DNA from: Eledone cirrhosa
Taxonomy: Eukaryota
Assembly (NCBI GenBank): GCA_964016885.1
Contig: OZ024741.1
Coordinates: 171,058,001-171,122,000, forward strand
Length of the DNA: 64,000 nucleotides
Direction of reading: 5' to 3'
Shown: positions 13,203 through 25,329 of the stretch, piece after piece
Numbering within the stretch: position 1 is the first letter of the stretch
Layout: each line of letters starts with the position of its first letter
Notes under the pieces: generated by a model
Told to the model about the DNA's origin: nothing
The model's input: only the letters and a program-made list of their open reading frames with translations
The model's database searches: none
Translations under genes and position numbers: made by a program

Positions 13203-13577
13203 ATGAAATGTATAACCTGTAAAATAAGCCCCCATATTAACTGTAAAACTAGAAATGTAGTGTATAGCATAAGATGTACTGAAGGACAATTTAGAGACAA
13301 AAATATAGTGTACATAGGTGAGACAGCTCGTAGTGTAGGGGAACGGATAAATGAACACTGGCGAGACCTTCAAGATAGTAAAGAATCATCTGTACTCTAC
13401 CAACATGTTAAAATAGAACATAAGGGTAAATTAGAGGACATAGAAATAAAAATAGAATCTACACACAGAAAAGAGGCAATGTTTAGACAAATCACAGAGG
13501 CAATAAACATAAAAGAATTACAACCAAAATTAAATAGAAAATATGAGTGGAACAGTAACATCACAACTTACAATTAA
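13203..13577 (+). CDS. GIY-YIG endonuclease domain of the PLE
   Basis: CITC..NCKTRNVVYSIRC..YIGETARSVGERINEH..LNRKYEW. Confidence 0.87.
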   Translation: MKCITCKISPHINCKTRNVVYSIRCTEGQFRDKNIVYIGETARSVGERINEHWRDLQDSKESSVLYQHVKIEHKGKLEDIEIKIESTHRKEAMFRQITEAINIKELQPKLNRKYEWNSNITTYN

Positions 13578-13778
13578 GGACAAAATGAAAACACACACGC
13601 AAATAGAACAAACAACCAACCGGTAACATGTAAATTAACAAATAAATAAACGAATATAAACACACACAGACACCCGGATGTGGCGCATGCGCAGACTGAG
13701 CACACAACACACACACAGAAACAAAATGGCGTAGGACAGAACAAAGGAGAGGCACAAAAATAAAGAAAAGAATCATCA

Positions 13779-13821
13779 GTCACTGAAGAGGTCACATATT
13801 GTGTGATGAAAGAACTTTGAC
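13779..13821 (+). ncRNA. Type I hammerhead-like ribozyme motif
   Basis: gtca CTGAAGA g gtcaca-tattg-tgtgat GAAA g aa ctt tgac. Confidence 0.7.
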
Positions 13822-14762
13822 AATATATAAACAACTATCTGGTTGTGCAACCAACCAACCAACCAGAAATTTATAAATTCCTATATTTATAAATTTATTA
13901 TAATAAATTGAAGTGAAAGCAACTGGTGCGTGTGTTTCTTATTGGCAACATGACCCTCCTAAAGTATAACAATATCGGTTTCAACACACGTTTTCAGATA
14001 AAGAATCTTGCTAAACAAATTCAGAAACGAAATATATATATATATATATATAAAGTGAAAGATTATGACACTAATACTTTTATTGGTGTATACAAATTAC
14101 TTTCACTATGTCTGAATACTCAGAAACGGAGAATGTGGGGCTATGAAAAGATTGAAAGTTTGAAAAATTGCTTTTACAGAATCATAATATCCCTTGAGTG
14201 AAAGATATTATTAAAAAATATTTTTGAAAAACATGTAAAAGATATTATGAAAAATTGGGAAGCCATATCAGAAAAAAAAAATGTATATATCTACTTGCAG
14301 AGTTGGCATCTCTCTTGTTTAAATTGATGGAATTCAAAAATATTTTGAAAACATAAATCGTAGGCGTTTCATGTTCCGAAACTCAACTTACGCTCTCAGA
14401 CGTGAACACGAGTGTGCATTTATTGTTGTGGGCTCTCTCGATCCGAGATTTGGTCTCATCCACGTCAATTGTTTTGTTTTTATCTTCTAACATAATCTCT
14501 CAAGTAGCTATAAAGACTCACATTGAAACATGGAATCGTTGATGGCTCGTTACTAGTAGTGATCAGTCTTCTTCTTCTCAGTTGACGTTTCTAGATATCT
14601 TTTTCTTTCTGTTTTGGTCAACGTATTATACATGCAGCCAAGATGATAACTATTTCTCCATTTCCTTCTATCCATTGTGACAGATGATTCGTTTTTGTTT
14701 GGTTGTTTCAAAATGTTGGGTTTCGCTTCAAAACTTCTCTCGTCTTTGCTTGTGGTATTCCG

Positions 14763-14803
<41 letters not shown>

Positions 14804-15446
14804 TTTCAACAATGTCAGTATTCCGTGTGTCATAATTCTCGATTATCATTGGTTCATATGTTTCAAACGACTCCGCCCACCTCAACGACGCCAAACTTAA
14901 ATTAATATGCATAGTACCAATGAGAGAGTGAGAGGGGAGTGTAAGAAACAGAGAGTCAAAGTGAACGGTGTGTTGGATACAATATGTATATGTGTCAGTG
15001 TAGAGACATGTGAGTTTGTGATGTGTGTGGAAATAAGAGGGGAAAGAAAGCAATAACTATTAACATGTGTGCGTGTGTATGTAGGTGCGCGTATGTTTAT
15101 GTGTGTGTGCGTGCGGCGTTCCACAGAAAGTAAAAACTATCAACATGTGTGAGTGTGTGCGTGTGTGCACGGGTGCATATGGACGTATGCGTGCGTGTGC
15201 GCGTTTCCATGCGTGTATATGTGTGTACGTGCGGCGTTCCACAATCGCCACGCAGTTTATCTGTCTGTGTGCCTGTCTGTCAGTCTAACATACATAGAGT
15301 TGTGAAGGGAGTAAATGGGGACCTTTTTTTTACATTGACATCTTTTATATTTATTATTGTGTCGTTTTTGACAATTGCTCGAAATGAATACTGATAATAA
15401 AAGCAATTCATCTGTTTACCCGGGCGAAGCTGGGTACGTCAGCTAG
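14763..15446 (+). mobile_element. Non-autonomous Helitron (3' terminus clear, 5' end approximate)
   Basis: Subterminal hairpin tacccgg-gcgaag-ctgggta at 15417-15436, followed by CTAG at 15443-15446 and then T. Confidence 0.7.
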
Positions 15447-15479
15447 TATATATAGGCTATTTTCTAAAATATACAGTGA

Positions 15480-15588
15480 CTGATCGGCCTTATTTGCATA
15501 TTAGCAGACTTGCCGACCAGTCAGATCTGCATATTAGCAGATCCGCTGATCAGCCAGATTTGCATATCAGCAGACTGGCCAGTCAGTT
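15480..15588. repeat. Minisatellite, ~32-33 bp x3
   Basis: The (t/c)tgcatat(t/c)agcaga core is repeated three times. Confidence 0.75.
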
Positions 15589-15679
15589 TCCTGTATACGA
15601 GCGATAAATGGCTGGCTTTGAAAAATTCAAATAAAAAAAATAAAAATGTTGGGTCTAAAGGCTGAACACAATAAATGTA

Positions 15680-16252
15680 TACACGTATTCATGTATACAT
15701 CGCTATTTCAGAGCACCAATACTAATACGGTACCTAATTTTTGCTGGACCGGTAATCGCTCTGTATAATCAGCTCCTGATTATTACTGGAATTCTATAAG
15801 AATCCAGCTTCTATAATTTTCGGCAGTGGTAGGGGCTGCGTGGCTCTGATGATCGCCAAACAGCGTGAAACAGACTGTTAGCTTCTCTCCCTTCTTTCGC
15901 CGGTATATTGCCAAATATACTATACATACATTCATGTATACATTGCTATTTCAGAGCACCAATCCTAATACCTAATTTTTGCTAGTCCGGCAATCGCCCT
16001 GTATAATCAGCTCCTGATTATTACTTGAATTCTATAAGAATCCAGCTTCTATAATTTTCGGCAGAAGTAGGGAGTGCATGGCTCTGATGCTTGCCAAACA
16101 ACGCGAAACAGACTGTTAGCTTCTCTCCTTTCTTTCGCCGAAAAGAAGTAAGTGACATAGTCACTACTTTAAAACCGATAGCGTATGGTCTTCAAAATGT
16201 TTTTAATTAAACATACGGTATATTGTCAAATATACTATACATACATTCATAT
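15680..16252 (+). repeat. Tandem hammerhead-containing non-coding repeat (retrozyme/PLE pLTR-like), ~2 units
   Basis: gctatttcagagcaccaat at ~15702 and ~15945 (period ~243 bp; the second unit is ~75 bp longer). Each unit has a hammerhead core. Homologous to 59190-59730. Confidence 0.8.
15842..15883 (+). ncRNA. Type I hammerhead ribozyme candidate
   Basis: ggct CTGATGA t cgc-caaaca-gcg t GAAAC agact GTT agct: stems I, II and III can all form. The second copy at 16080-16121 has a CTGATGC core mutation. Confidence 0.7.
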
Positions 16253-16254
16253 AT

Positions 16255-17745
16255 ATATAATTATAAAAAGGAAGTTTGTTTGCTTGTTTGTACAGTGACC
16301 GCCAAATAAAATTGGTAATAATTAAAGTTTTTCTTATGTTTTCAACTAATCTGACCTCCGACATGCTCTCAATTCACTTTTTCTCCCAAAACCGAATAGG
16401 GAGTGTGAGGTAGGTGATCGTCGGATTTTCCCTGTCTCTGGAGATCTCGTGTCGGAATTTTTTTCTTTTCTAGGTTTTTTTCATTTGTTTTCGACCGATC
16501 TGACATCCGCCTCACACGCAAATGACTCCTTTTTCCATAAATGGAAGCGTGGAAGGAGTGGGATTTTCGGAGTTACCGATAAACACCTCTCAGATTGGGG
16601 ATCGCGAAGAAATTTTCGTTTATTCTTTTTTTTTTTTTTTCTAGTGTATTCAACTAATCTGACCTCCGACATGCTTGCAATCATCCTTTTTCCCAAAAGC
16701 GGAATGAGAGAACGAGAGGGAAGTCTACAAAATATGTGTGTAAATACGTCAACAAGAGTTCTAATTCTGCCATGTTTGCGCTGTAACAACGAAATACGTC
16801 CTACGAGGTGTATAACGGCCGATATATCAGCATTAATGAAGCATTCTGGAATATCTTTGGATCCCCAATTCAGGACCGTTACCCACTAGTGCATGAATGT
16901 GACATCCGAGTGTAGCTTAAAGCCCAACAAGCTATAGCAGCAAGAAATACAACTTTGCTAGTATTTTTTTAACATAGTAGAACGGACAACGTTACACGTG
17001 TTCTACTATATGGACAAATATCATTCTACTACACTTTTGATAAACTGAGAGGAAAATTGGAACCGGCTAAAACAAGGAAGATCAGTAGAAAAACATCCAG
17101 AAATTCGTAAAACAACAACACTAGGTCAGATTCACACAATGCATGAAAGACAGCGCGAAAGTTTCCAGGTGAGGATGTTTTTTTAATGAAGTTAGAGCAT
17201 TTCAAGGCATTGACGGACTTCTTAAAATGAATGGTGCTCTTTGTAACACATCAAGCGGCCTGCTTTTGGAGAAGTCTGTTGGAAGGCGACAATCGGTAGG
17301 ATGCAAAACTTGGAGAGTCGTCTCTATCTCAGACCACCAAATATATTTGAAATTTGCTCGCAATCATATTAAAAAATTGTGACATAACCAATCAATCGAC
17401 GCTTTGGCTGAAGTTTAGGGACGACATGCCTGAGGATATTAAAGACGAAGTGCATTTGGGAAACCCGGACATAGACGGAACTGTTTCAGAAAAAAAAACA
17501 TTATAAAAACAACTTTGATCGAGACTTAACACAAACTAGCTGAAATTGATTGCCTTGCTCTGTATTTATTAGGCCTTCCTCGCACCGACAGAACTATCTT
17601 TATTTTGTTGTAAAATATTGAAATTATGCGAGAGGCTTCATACAACGTAGAAGAACTAATTCTCATATTTTAATGAAAACGAACCCAAACTAATAAATGA
17701 TCGAAAAGAAAAATATAACATTATTCTTCATTATGTTACGGAACA
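16255..17745 (+). mobile_element. Decayed Helitron (5' region with ~150-bp subrepeats, then Rep/helicase remnant)
   Basis: GRYISINEAFWNIFGSPIQDRYP (16826-16885), KQGRSVEKHPEIRKTTTLGQIH and ..LLY..I..YYTF match Helitron RepHel inter-domain motifs. ctgac(c/a)tccg recurs at ~16350, ~16500 and ~16660. Confidence 0.75.
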
Positions 17746-17754
17746 ATATGCCCA

Positions 17755-18303
17755 AATCCAGACTTTAATCAAAAGTAATCAACGTGAGACATCGCAGAGA
17801 TAATTCACATATCGAATACTTGGATATGTGAATCGGTATGATGACTGGGTGCCTCAAAATTTAACAGAAAAACTTTTAATAGAACGTATTTCCATCTGTG
17901 ATACGCTGCTCAAATGAAACAGAAATAATCAATTTTTGAACAAAATGAACGCGAGTGTTGAAAACTAGATTGCTTATAACAACGTGAAACGTAAAAGGAT
18001 GTGGAACGTAAAAGAAAGTGAGAAAACAAAATGAACCACCTCCAACCATTCCCAAAGTCAGTCAGTATCCGAAGAAGGTAATGCTCTGTTTCTGGTGGGA
18101 TTGGAAGGGTATTAAGTATTATAAGCTCCTTCTGCGAAATCAGACGTTATATCCAAACTATTAATATTCTCAATAAGACCGAATAAAGGAGGAAACCGGT
18201 TGAGTGTGGTTATACATCAAGGCTTCGCTACGCCAAACGTTACATTACAGACCCGGCAGATTTTGGTACAGCTTGGCTGGCATCTCCTACAGCACCCACA
18301 GTA
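17755..18303 (+). pseudogene. Mariner-family transposase remnant
   Basis: WVPQNLTEK..RISICDTLLK, IAYNNVKRKR, PKKVMLCFWWDWKGI..LL, HQ..A.P and QLGW.LLQHP motifs, with stops and frameshifts. Confidence 0.88.
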
Positions 18304-18337
18304 AGTATGTATCTATTACAAATTATACTTTTTTTTC

Positions 18338-18655
18338 ACCTGGGAGTGAAAGGCCCCTAGTTGTTCCCACAACACCTTTCTAAGAGAGGGAAACTTTAAA
18401 AAAAAAGACCACCGGCTTCGGAAGCATCCGATGATGTTAACCAGTTCTATTTTTCGGGTAGTGGTTTCGATGCTCAGAGAGTGGGATTAGACGAGTGCAA
18501 AGTCTTTCCCCACTTAAAAAGACCTTCAAAGCACAGGCATTGCTTGTTCAGGATCTGTTACAGGTTTGTGTGGCTGGTCGTAGCCTAAAAGTAAACCATT
18601 TTCTGTAATCTGACAAGCGATTGCAATACTGTTAGCAGAGTTTGCAGCCATCATG
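18338..18655 (+). mobile_element. LINE 3' UTR fragment ending GCAGCCATCAT(GTAT)n
   Basis: Has the same terminal string as the RTE-like copy ending at ~20118. Confidence 0.45.
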
Positions 18656-18669
18656 TATATATGTATGTA

Positions 18670-18752
18670 TGTTCTTCTGTTTATCTAACTTTAAATTTTT
18701 TACCAATAGAGAGAGAGAGATGGTTTCTCAGACATACACAAGACTATCGCAT
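18670..18752 (-). mobile_element. Short 3'-end fragment of a second (CATA)n-associated element
   Basis: Homologous to 40424-40520 (gttcttctg..ccaata.agagagag..ggtttct..acat..acacaagac). Abuts (TATG)n. Confidence 0.55.
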
Positions 18753-18762
18753 TCTATGTTTG

Positions 18763-18796
<34 letters not shown>

Positions 18797-18831
18797 TGTA
18801 TGTATGTATGTATGTATGTATGTATGTATGT

Positions 18832-19832
18832 ATGGTAAACGACTTGGAGTGGTTGATCAGTTTGTCTACCTGGGAAGCACTGTCAATCGATACAGCAACC
18901 TTGACAGTGAAATCTCACTTAGGATTAGGAAAGCAAGTGATGCTTTCGGAAAGCTAGAAAGGCGACTCTGGGGTCGGCGAGACATATGCAGGAGGACAAA
19001 GGTAAAGGTGTACAAGGCATGTGTGCTCTCTTGTCTTCTTTATGCCTGCGATACCTGGGTCACATATCCACACGATCTTAAGCAATTGGAGCGTTTCCAT
19101 CAGATGTGTCTCAGACGGATCCATGGCGTTCACTGGAGGGACCACATCAGTGATGTCGAGATTTTGGAAAGCTCTATGTGTGACAGTATAGAAGCTCTTG
19201 TGCTTAAGCAACGACTCCGTTGGAGTGGTCACCTTGCCAGGATGAAGGATTCTAGAATACCAAAACAAATCTTTTATGGAGAGTTGGTTAAAGGAAAACG
19301 ACCGCCACATAAACCAAAAAAGAGGTATAAGGATTCCTTGAAAGCCTCTTTGAAAGACGCTAACATCTCTGCTGATACATGGGAAAATATTGCTGCTGAT
19401 CGTAATAAATGGAGAAAGACTGTATATGAGGGAAAAGTTGCCTTTGAGGCATCTCGAATCGCATACGAGAAAGTAAAGCGGGATGTGAGGAAGGGCATTG
19501 CTGTTACACTTCCAGACGGCGAGGGTCCTCCTATGGTGCTGACATGCAGCGTCTGTGTGAGACTCTGCCTAAGCAAAGCTGGACTCGAATGTCATCTTCG
19601 CAGTAATAAAGTAAGACCAGTGGCTGACTACCAGGCTGCTGTTGGAGATGCTACTCATCATGCTTGCCAAGCAAATGGTAAATCAGCAGGAGGGCTCAAG
19701 CGACATGCAAAAGTACATGAACTCCGACCACAGCCGGCTATTCCCAGTGAATGTTTTGGTTGCCGACTTTGTGCAAGACATCTTAGATCATTGGCTGGGC
19801 TAAAAAGCCACATTCGATCGCAGCGCTGTTAG
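18832..19832 (+). CDS. RTE-like RT C-terminal fragment
   Basis: Open frame within ORF 18642-19832. The part upstream of 18832 is microsatellite read-through. Confidence 0.75.
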
Positions 19833-20118
19833 TTGCTATCGTGTGTGTGTGAGTATAGATATGTTTATGTGTGTGCGTGTGTGTGTATATATATATGTAT
19901 ATGTATATTATTATTGTTGTTATTATTATTATTATTATTGTTATTAATGTATATGTGTGTATGTATATATATATATATGTGTGTATATATGTATATGTAT
20001 GTGTATATATATATATATATATATTTATTTTATTTATTTATTTTTTTTATTAATTTATTAATATTTTTTTTTCTCCTCGTGCAATGGCCTTACTCGATAA
20101 CGCGGGAGCAGCCATCAT
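18832..20118 (+). mobile_element. 5'-truncated RTE-clade LINE (RT thumb plus C2H2-finger C-terminus), 3' UTR interrupted by microsatellites
   Basis: VDQFVYLGS, RIRKASDAFGKL, TKVKVYKACVLSCLLY, LERFHQMCLRRI, RLRWSGHLARM..RIPKQIFYGEL. Confidence 0.88.
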
Positions 20119-20369
20119 GTATGAATGTATGTATGAATACAAGGCATGGATACTTCATCATTCAAGTGTCAAACATTTACTCATCTCTGACGTCTACAGA
20201 ACCAAAAAAGGGGAACCACCGATATATATATATATATATGTATCTCTCAGAACAAAACATACGCACATACTTCTATACATAAATACATATATACGTAGAT
20301 ATATACATACATATATACATACATACACTCATAATATACATACACTGAAATATATATATATATATATAG

Positions 20370-20905
20370 AAGTGGTTACACAACAGTTAGCTCACATTAC
20401 CGAGAACAATTGTTTCACCATCCATCGCGGATCTTCAGCTCGGGATGTATATGGTTATAGGAACAGGAAGGACAACCGTACGAACGCGCATGCGCAGAAA
20501 CTCGGTCTCTTCACACAGGCAATAGTAGACTGCGTGCGGGGGTGTAAGCGAGATAACTGCGAAAGTCCGGAAAGTTTTTTGGTTGAAAATAAAATAAACA
20601 AATTTAAAAATAAAATTACAAAGAATCAGTCCGGTGCCTTGTAGTTATGTAATAGATGTTTGGAGACGTGTGGACAACGTGTGAAAAATTCACTTCTCGT
20701 GTTTAGGCAATCACTATTGCGTAATCTCTTTAGGATAGTTATTCGTTCGTCAATGCATAAGCCACACGTCGGATTTCCCTTGCGTATGGCTTGGACTTAG
20801 TGATGGCTTTCCATTGAATGGAGTACCCTATACTTGAGTCCTTGAGGGACCATACGTGGCTCGCGAGATTCGTGGATGAACGTCTGTCCGGGTATCTGAA
20901 GGTAG
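20370..20905 (-). mobile_element. 3' fragment of a PLE (GIY-YIG C-terminus plus pLTR) between (TA)n tracts
   Basis: STNLASHVWSLKD..YSIQWK..KPY and LNTRSEFFTRCPH motifs, with a hammerhead downstream. Confidence 0.8.
20400..20443 (-). ncRNA. Type I hammerhead ribozyme candidate
   Basis: CCGAG CTGAAGA tccgcgatggatggt GAAAC AATT GTT CTCGG: perfect 5-bp stem I and a palindromic loop 3. Confidence 0.75.
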
Positions 20906-20923
20906 ATATATATATGTATATAT

Positions 20924-21131
20924 CAGATAGGGTGTGGTAAAAGACCAGGTGGACTATAACCAACCAGAGTACTGGATACTTGGTGTGGTAGAGTGAGTAA
21001 TATGAAAAGATTCAGGAACCCGACGGCTAAGCTCCTGTCGCTTCGACAGCTAGATCCGAATGTTCGAATGTTCAGATCTAGCTGCCGAAACCGCCAGAGC
21101 TCAGCCGTCGGATTCCTGAGTCTTTTCATAT
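20924..21131 (-). repeat. Fold-back insertion (family X): ~130-bp imperfect palindrome plus ~75-nt tail
   Basis: Arms at 21000-21058 and 21075-21131. Homologous to 21911-22081 and 38465-38660. Confidence 0.85.
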
Positions 21132-21809
21132 ATATGCATATATATATATATAGATATGTGTGTGTGGGGAATTTACTGGAGGCAGAGGGCATTGGAAGGG
21201 GGTTCAGACTTAGGTAGTAACAACAAATTACTGTACTAATTTACGCAGGAAGGTCTACGTGATTCATATAGTGTAATCGTTATTAGGTTAAATATATGCT
21301 AGGTAGCTTACCATAACACTGCTAAACTATCCATTTTTTTGTCGTTAAGTATTTAGTACATTGATTTCGGTTAGGAAGACGGGGGAATTAGGGGCGGCTG
21401 TCAAACTTTATCGATGTAGCATGACTACATTCTCTAAATATTTATATTCTAATTATTTATAAAATCATAGCAACTGAAATTGATTACGTCGAAGATTGGA
21501 ATCTTATTCTACACATACGTATTCAAAAAGGGAGCACAGATTTGTCTTTCCAGTCTCAGAGAATCTCTACATCATCTACAGTCATTGCACAGTTTTAAAT
21601 ATTATAAAATAACGATATAATTTTGATGTGCCTACACATGAAAAGATATTTCCTTAATAAATTCAAAGAACTCCTCCTCCGACGCATCGCTAACAATAAT
21701 AATCTACAACTCTTACACCAAATAGAAATATTCATATTACTACTTATTACAATGCACAGAAGGAAGAATATATTTAACAGTGCGTATTTTAACAAATGCA
21801 GATATACAT

Positions 21810-21856
<47 letters not shown>

Positions 21857-21862
21857 TATATA

Positions 21863-22195
<333 letters not shown>

Positions 22196-22322
22196 TACGT
22201 GTACATACTTATATTTAAGTAACAGCCGTACTAAGAGTGGGAAATGAAATTTCGTTTCATTTTTTCCGTTTATATATATATATATATATACTTTTATATG
22301 GCTTTATTATCAACTCATTTAA

Positions 22323-22459
<137 letters not shown>

Positions 22460-22859
22460 GTGGTGCATCATTGTATGTGCGTGGTGGTGAATGTGTTTGC
22501 TTGTGTGTTTGTGTGTGTGTGTGTAAAACTAATTTCCCGGAGGACATGGAAAGGAAATCACGTATAAGCAGTAACATGAGATTATTACCAATACTAATTT
22601 TCGAAGCACACTCTTCACGATTCAGATCGTGTATCGGCAAAGAGATTAAACACATGCTTGACAGCTAAACATAGATGTGTGGGTGAAATTAACTATGTCT
22701 ATTTAATGAAATATTTGAAAGGTAGTTTCGGTCAGGAAGAATTGCGCAGCTTCACTTCTGCCAGATTTATTTAACGGTCTTGCATCGTGAGATTTTTCAT
22801 ACGATTTTTCATACAACAGAATAATTATGGACAAGTTGATAACGTTTGATATTGTTTAC

Positions 22860-23110
22860 AACCTGTTCCCAAACAGACCTATTATATTAAATCTTTGTTG
22901 GGTTTTTGCAATAAACAAATATCATTATTTCTGAAGACAGCATATATATGTGTAGGTATGTATATTCCCTCTGATAGTTTGTAAAAATGTTACATAGATC
23001 TATATGATATACATACCAACATACACATATATATCCTAGAAACGATTGTAAAATTATGAATTTTTTAATATAAAGAACTGTTTCTTTGTTTTTATTCATT
23101 ATTTTTATTA

Positions 23111-23114
<4 letters not shown>
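22860..23114 (+). mobile_element. PLE pLTR fragment (family Y), tail-less, ending in (TA)n
   Basis: Reverse-complement homolog of 26369-26622 and direct homolog of 58735-58915. Confidence 0.8.
22927..23054 (+). ncRNA. Hammerhead-like motif with ~101-nt extended stem II
   Basis: attt CTGAAGA [atatatatgtgta ggtatgtatat..atatacatacc aaca tacacatatatat] GAAAC GATT GTA aaat. Confidence 0.6.
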
Positions 23115-23144
<30 letters not shown>

Positions 23145-23147
<3 letters not shown>

Positions 23148-23408
23148 TATTTTATAGAAGGAGCTTCTACAGGACTAGTACTGTTTCATTCAGATGAAAT
23201 CTTCAGGAAGCTGGGTGTCATATTAAGTTCTGGTATTTTAATATAAATACCAGAACTTAATATGACACCCAGCTTCCTGAAGATTTCATCTGACTGAAAC
23301 AGTACTAGTCCTGTAGAAGCTCCTTCTATAAAATAAAATTTTTTTACTCTGCCATGTATTGAGTACCTTACTTACTGTGGTTATCCCTGACTCAACCCGG
23401 GACCTACG
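23145..23408 (+). repeat. Fold-back insertion: ~94-bp arms plus ~70-nt tail, with a hammerhead-like core
   Basis: Arms at 23145-23238 and 23244-23338. CTGAAGA..GAAAC at 23277-23300. The tail tactc..gagtacc is homologous to 32125-32190. Confidence 0.9.
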
Positions 23409-23425
23409 TATATATATATATATAT

Positions 23426-23765
23426 ACGAGAATGCTGAGGATGGCTCTGAACATTAATCAGTATACACTGAGGATGAAAAACTCAGAGCTGTATGGGAGC
23501 ATCATAAAAGTCAGCTCAAAAGTGACACAGAGGAGACTGAGGTTAGCTGGACATGCTCACCGACATCCAGAGTTGACATTGCACTCAGTGCTCCTGTGGG
23601 AGCCCCTACATGGACACACTAGAAGAGGAAGACCATGGTTAACGTATGTTGATGCCCTAAGGACAGACACTGGTCTGTTGGAGACGCAGGACATGGCAGC
23701 GATAATGAGGGACAGAGACCGCTGGAGAGAACTCGTCCATGGATCTCGGAAATTTTACCCGCCTT

Positions 23766-23767
<2 letters not shown>
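23426..23767 (+). mobile_element. 3' end of an RTE-like LINE ORF
   Basis: RMLRMALNI..ELYG..RRLRLAGH..RHPE..LLWEP.HG..RGRP..TYVD.L..DTG. Confidence 0.8.
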
Positions 23768-23851
<84 letters not shown>

Positions 23852-23859
23852 CTTTAATA

Positions 23860-24440
23860 ATTTTATTAGGTTTTGGCCAGAATTGTCCCAGGCGATAGCT
23901 AACTTAATAGCACCACCTGGCGTAGTCGTCCAAATTATGATTTGGAAAACATGGCCCACTCAAGTAGAGAGTTTATGTTTTCGTAGACATATCCAGGAGT
24001 TGGGTGTTTATCCGGAATTTCCTGGAGGAATTTGTCAATAGACATTTGAATTTTATGGGATCTCCTTTTGTTTTTATCTCTTTTAAAGAGAATGGGACTA
24101 GTTGATGTAAAATTAGTCTGCCGTAATATTCTTATGAGATGTGAGCTTGAATTTTTATTTTGTGATCTGATAGCTCGGGGCACAAGCTTTAGTTGTAGTT
24201 TGAAGTTGATGCCAACATCATTTGGGTAATGCTGATGGAATATTTTTCACATCATGCTGATAATGTAGCGCTCACGGCAGTGTTGAAGAGAGTAGAGTTT
24301 GAGCTTTTCTAGTCGCCCCCAATAGTCAACGCCTGTTATGCCGTCTACATCCAATTTCCATAATACATTGTGTGTATGTGGCGAGACAACAGTGTACAAT
24401 ATTCAAGCTGGGGTCGGGCAAAAGAAGAAACGAGAAGGAT
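23860..24440 (-). mobile_element. Decayed CR1/L2-group LINE 3' fragment
   Basis: PQLEYC, DYWGRLEKLKLYSLQ..RERYII and DKFLQEIPD..TPGY..NSL motifs. Confidence 0.75.
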
Positions 24441-24688
24441 TATGGTATGGATATCTCCCGATGAGAAAGGTCTGAGAATCCAGGAACACATCTTGTGGGC
24501 TAAGTCAACGTTGGTGTTGTTGGGGAGGCCATAAGGGTATCAACTGAGGGAAGAGAATATGATAGTTTCAAAGCGCCATCTTTTCCAAAGTGTATTAGTT
24601 CGAATGTATCCTTGTTTAGTAGCATATTGTTTTTCCACCCAAATATAACAGCAAGTAGATACAATTGAAGAAATCAGCGATCTCCCAT

Positions 24689-24781
<93 letters not shown>

Positions 24782-24786
24782 GACAC

Positions 24787-24889
<103 letters not shown>

Positions 24890-24909
24890 AGTAAATTATA
24901 AATGTAAAC

Positions 24910-25140
24910 ATGTAAGTATATTTTTGAAACGGTGCGCGAGTTTGAAAATTAGAAATTAGAAATTATAAGCTTTCACCGTATTTTATACTAAAGAAATTTC
25001 TAGCCTCATAGATGAGTGTTGCCGTACATGTACGGCAACTCTCATCTTTTTCCATTTCTCCGAGGGTTATAAACCCCACTGTCAGGCTAGAAATTTCTTT
25101 AGTCTAAAATACGGTGAAAGCTTATAATTTCTAATTTCTT
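24910..25140 (-). repeat. Fold-back insertion (family Z) with an internal deletion in one arm
   Basis: Outer arms agaaattagaaattataagctttcaccgtattt..ctagcct, with a central hairpin gatgagtgttgccgtac-at-gtacggcaactctcatc. Homologous to 48905-49153. Confidence 0.85.
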
Positions 25141-25329
25141 ATATATATATATTTACAACAGTGACATAAACACGTTCTCATGTTTCGTTGGCTTCTGGAC
25201 CCCAATTTCACCAGTCTGTCATGAGAAAAATAAAACCCTCGTCCTATGGACTGAGTGCTCTTACTCTTGGATATTGCCACTTAACTTTTACTTCACTATA
25301 TATACACACACACACATATATATATATAT

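Larger units (their letters stand above)
11408..13974 (+). mobile_element. Penelope-like retroelement, right arm (inverted copy of 7805-10371)
   Basis: Reverse-complement match over ~2567 bp with scattered substitutions and its own stop codons (12678, 12900, 13128). Confidence 0.93.

Noticed and set aside
13975-14720. Faint PLE RT-like remnants (MGS.IS, DKG-like) on both strands
   Set aside because: Too degenerate to support by eye. A tblastn or HMM search would be needed.
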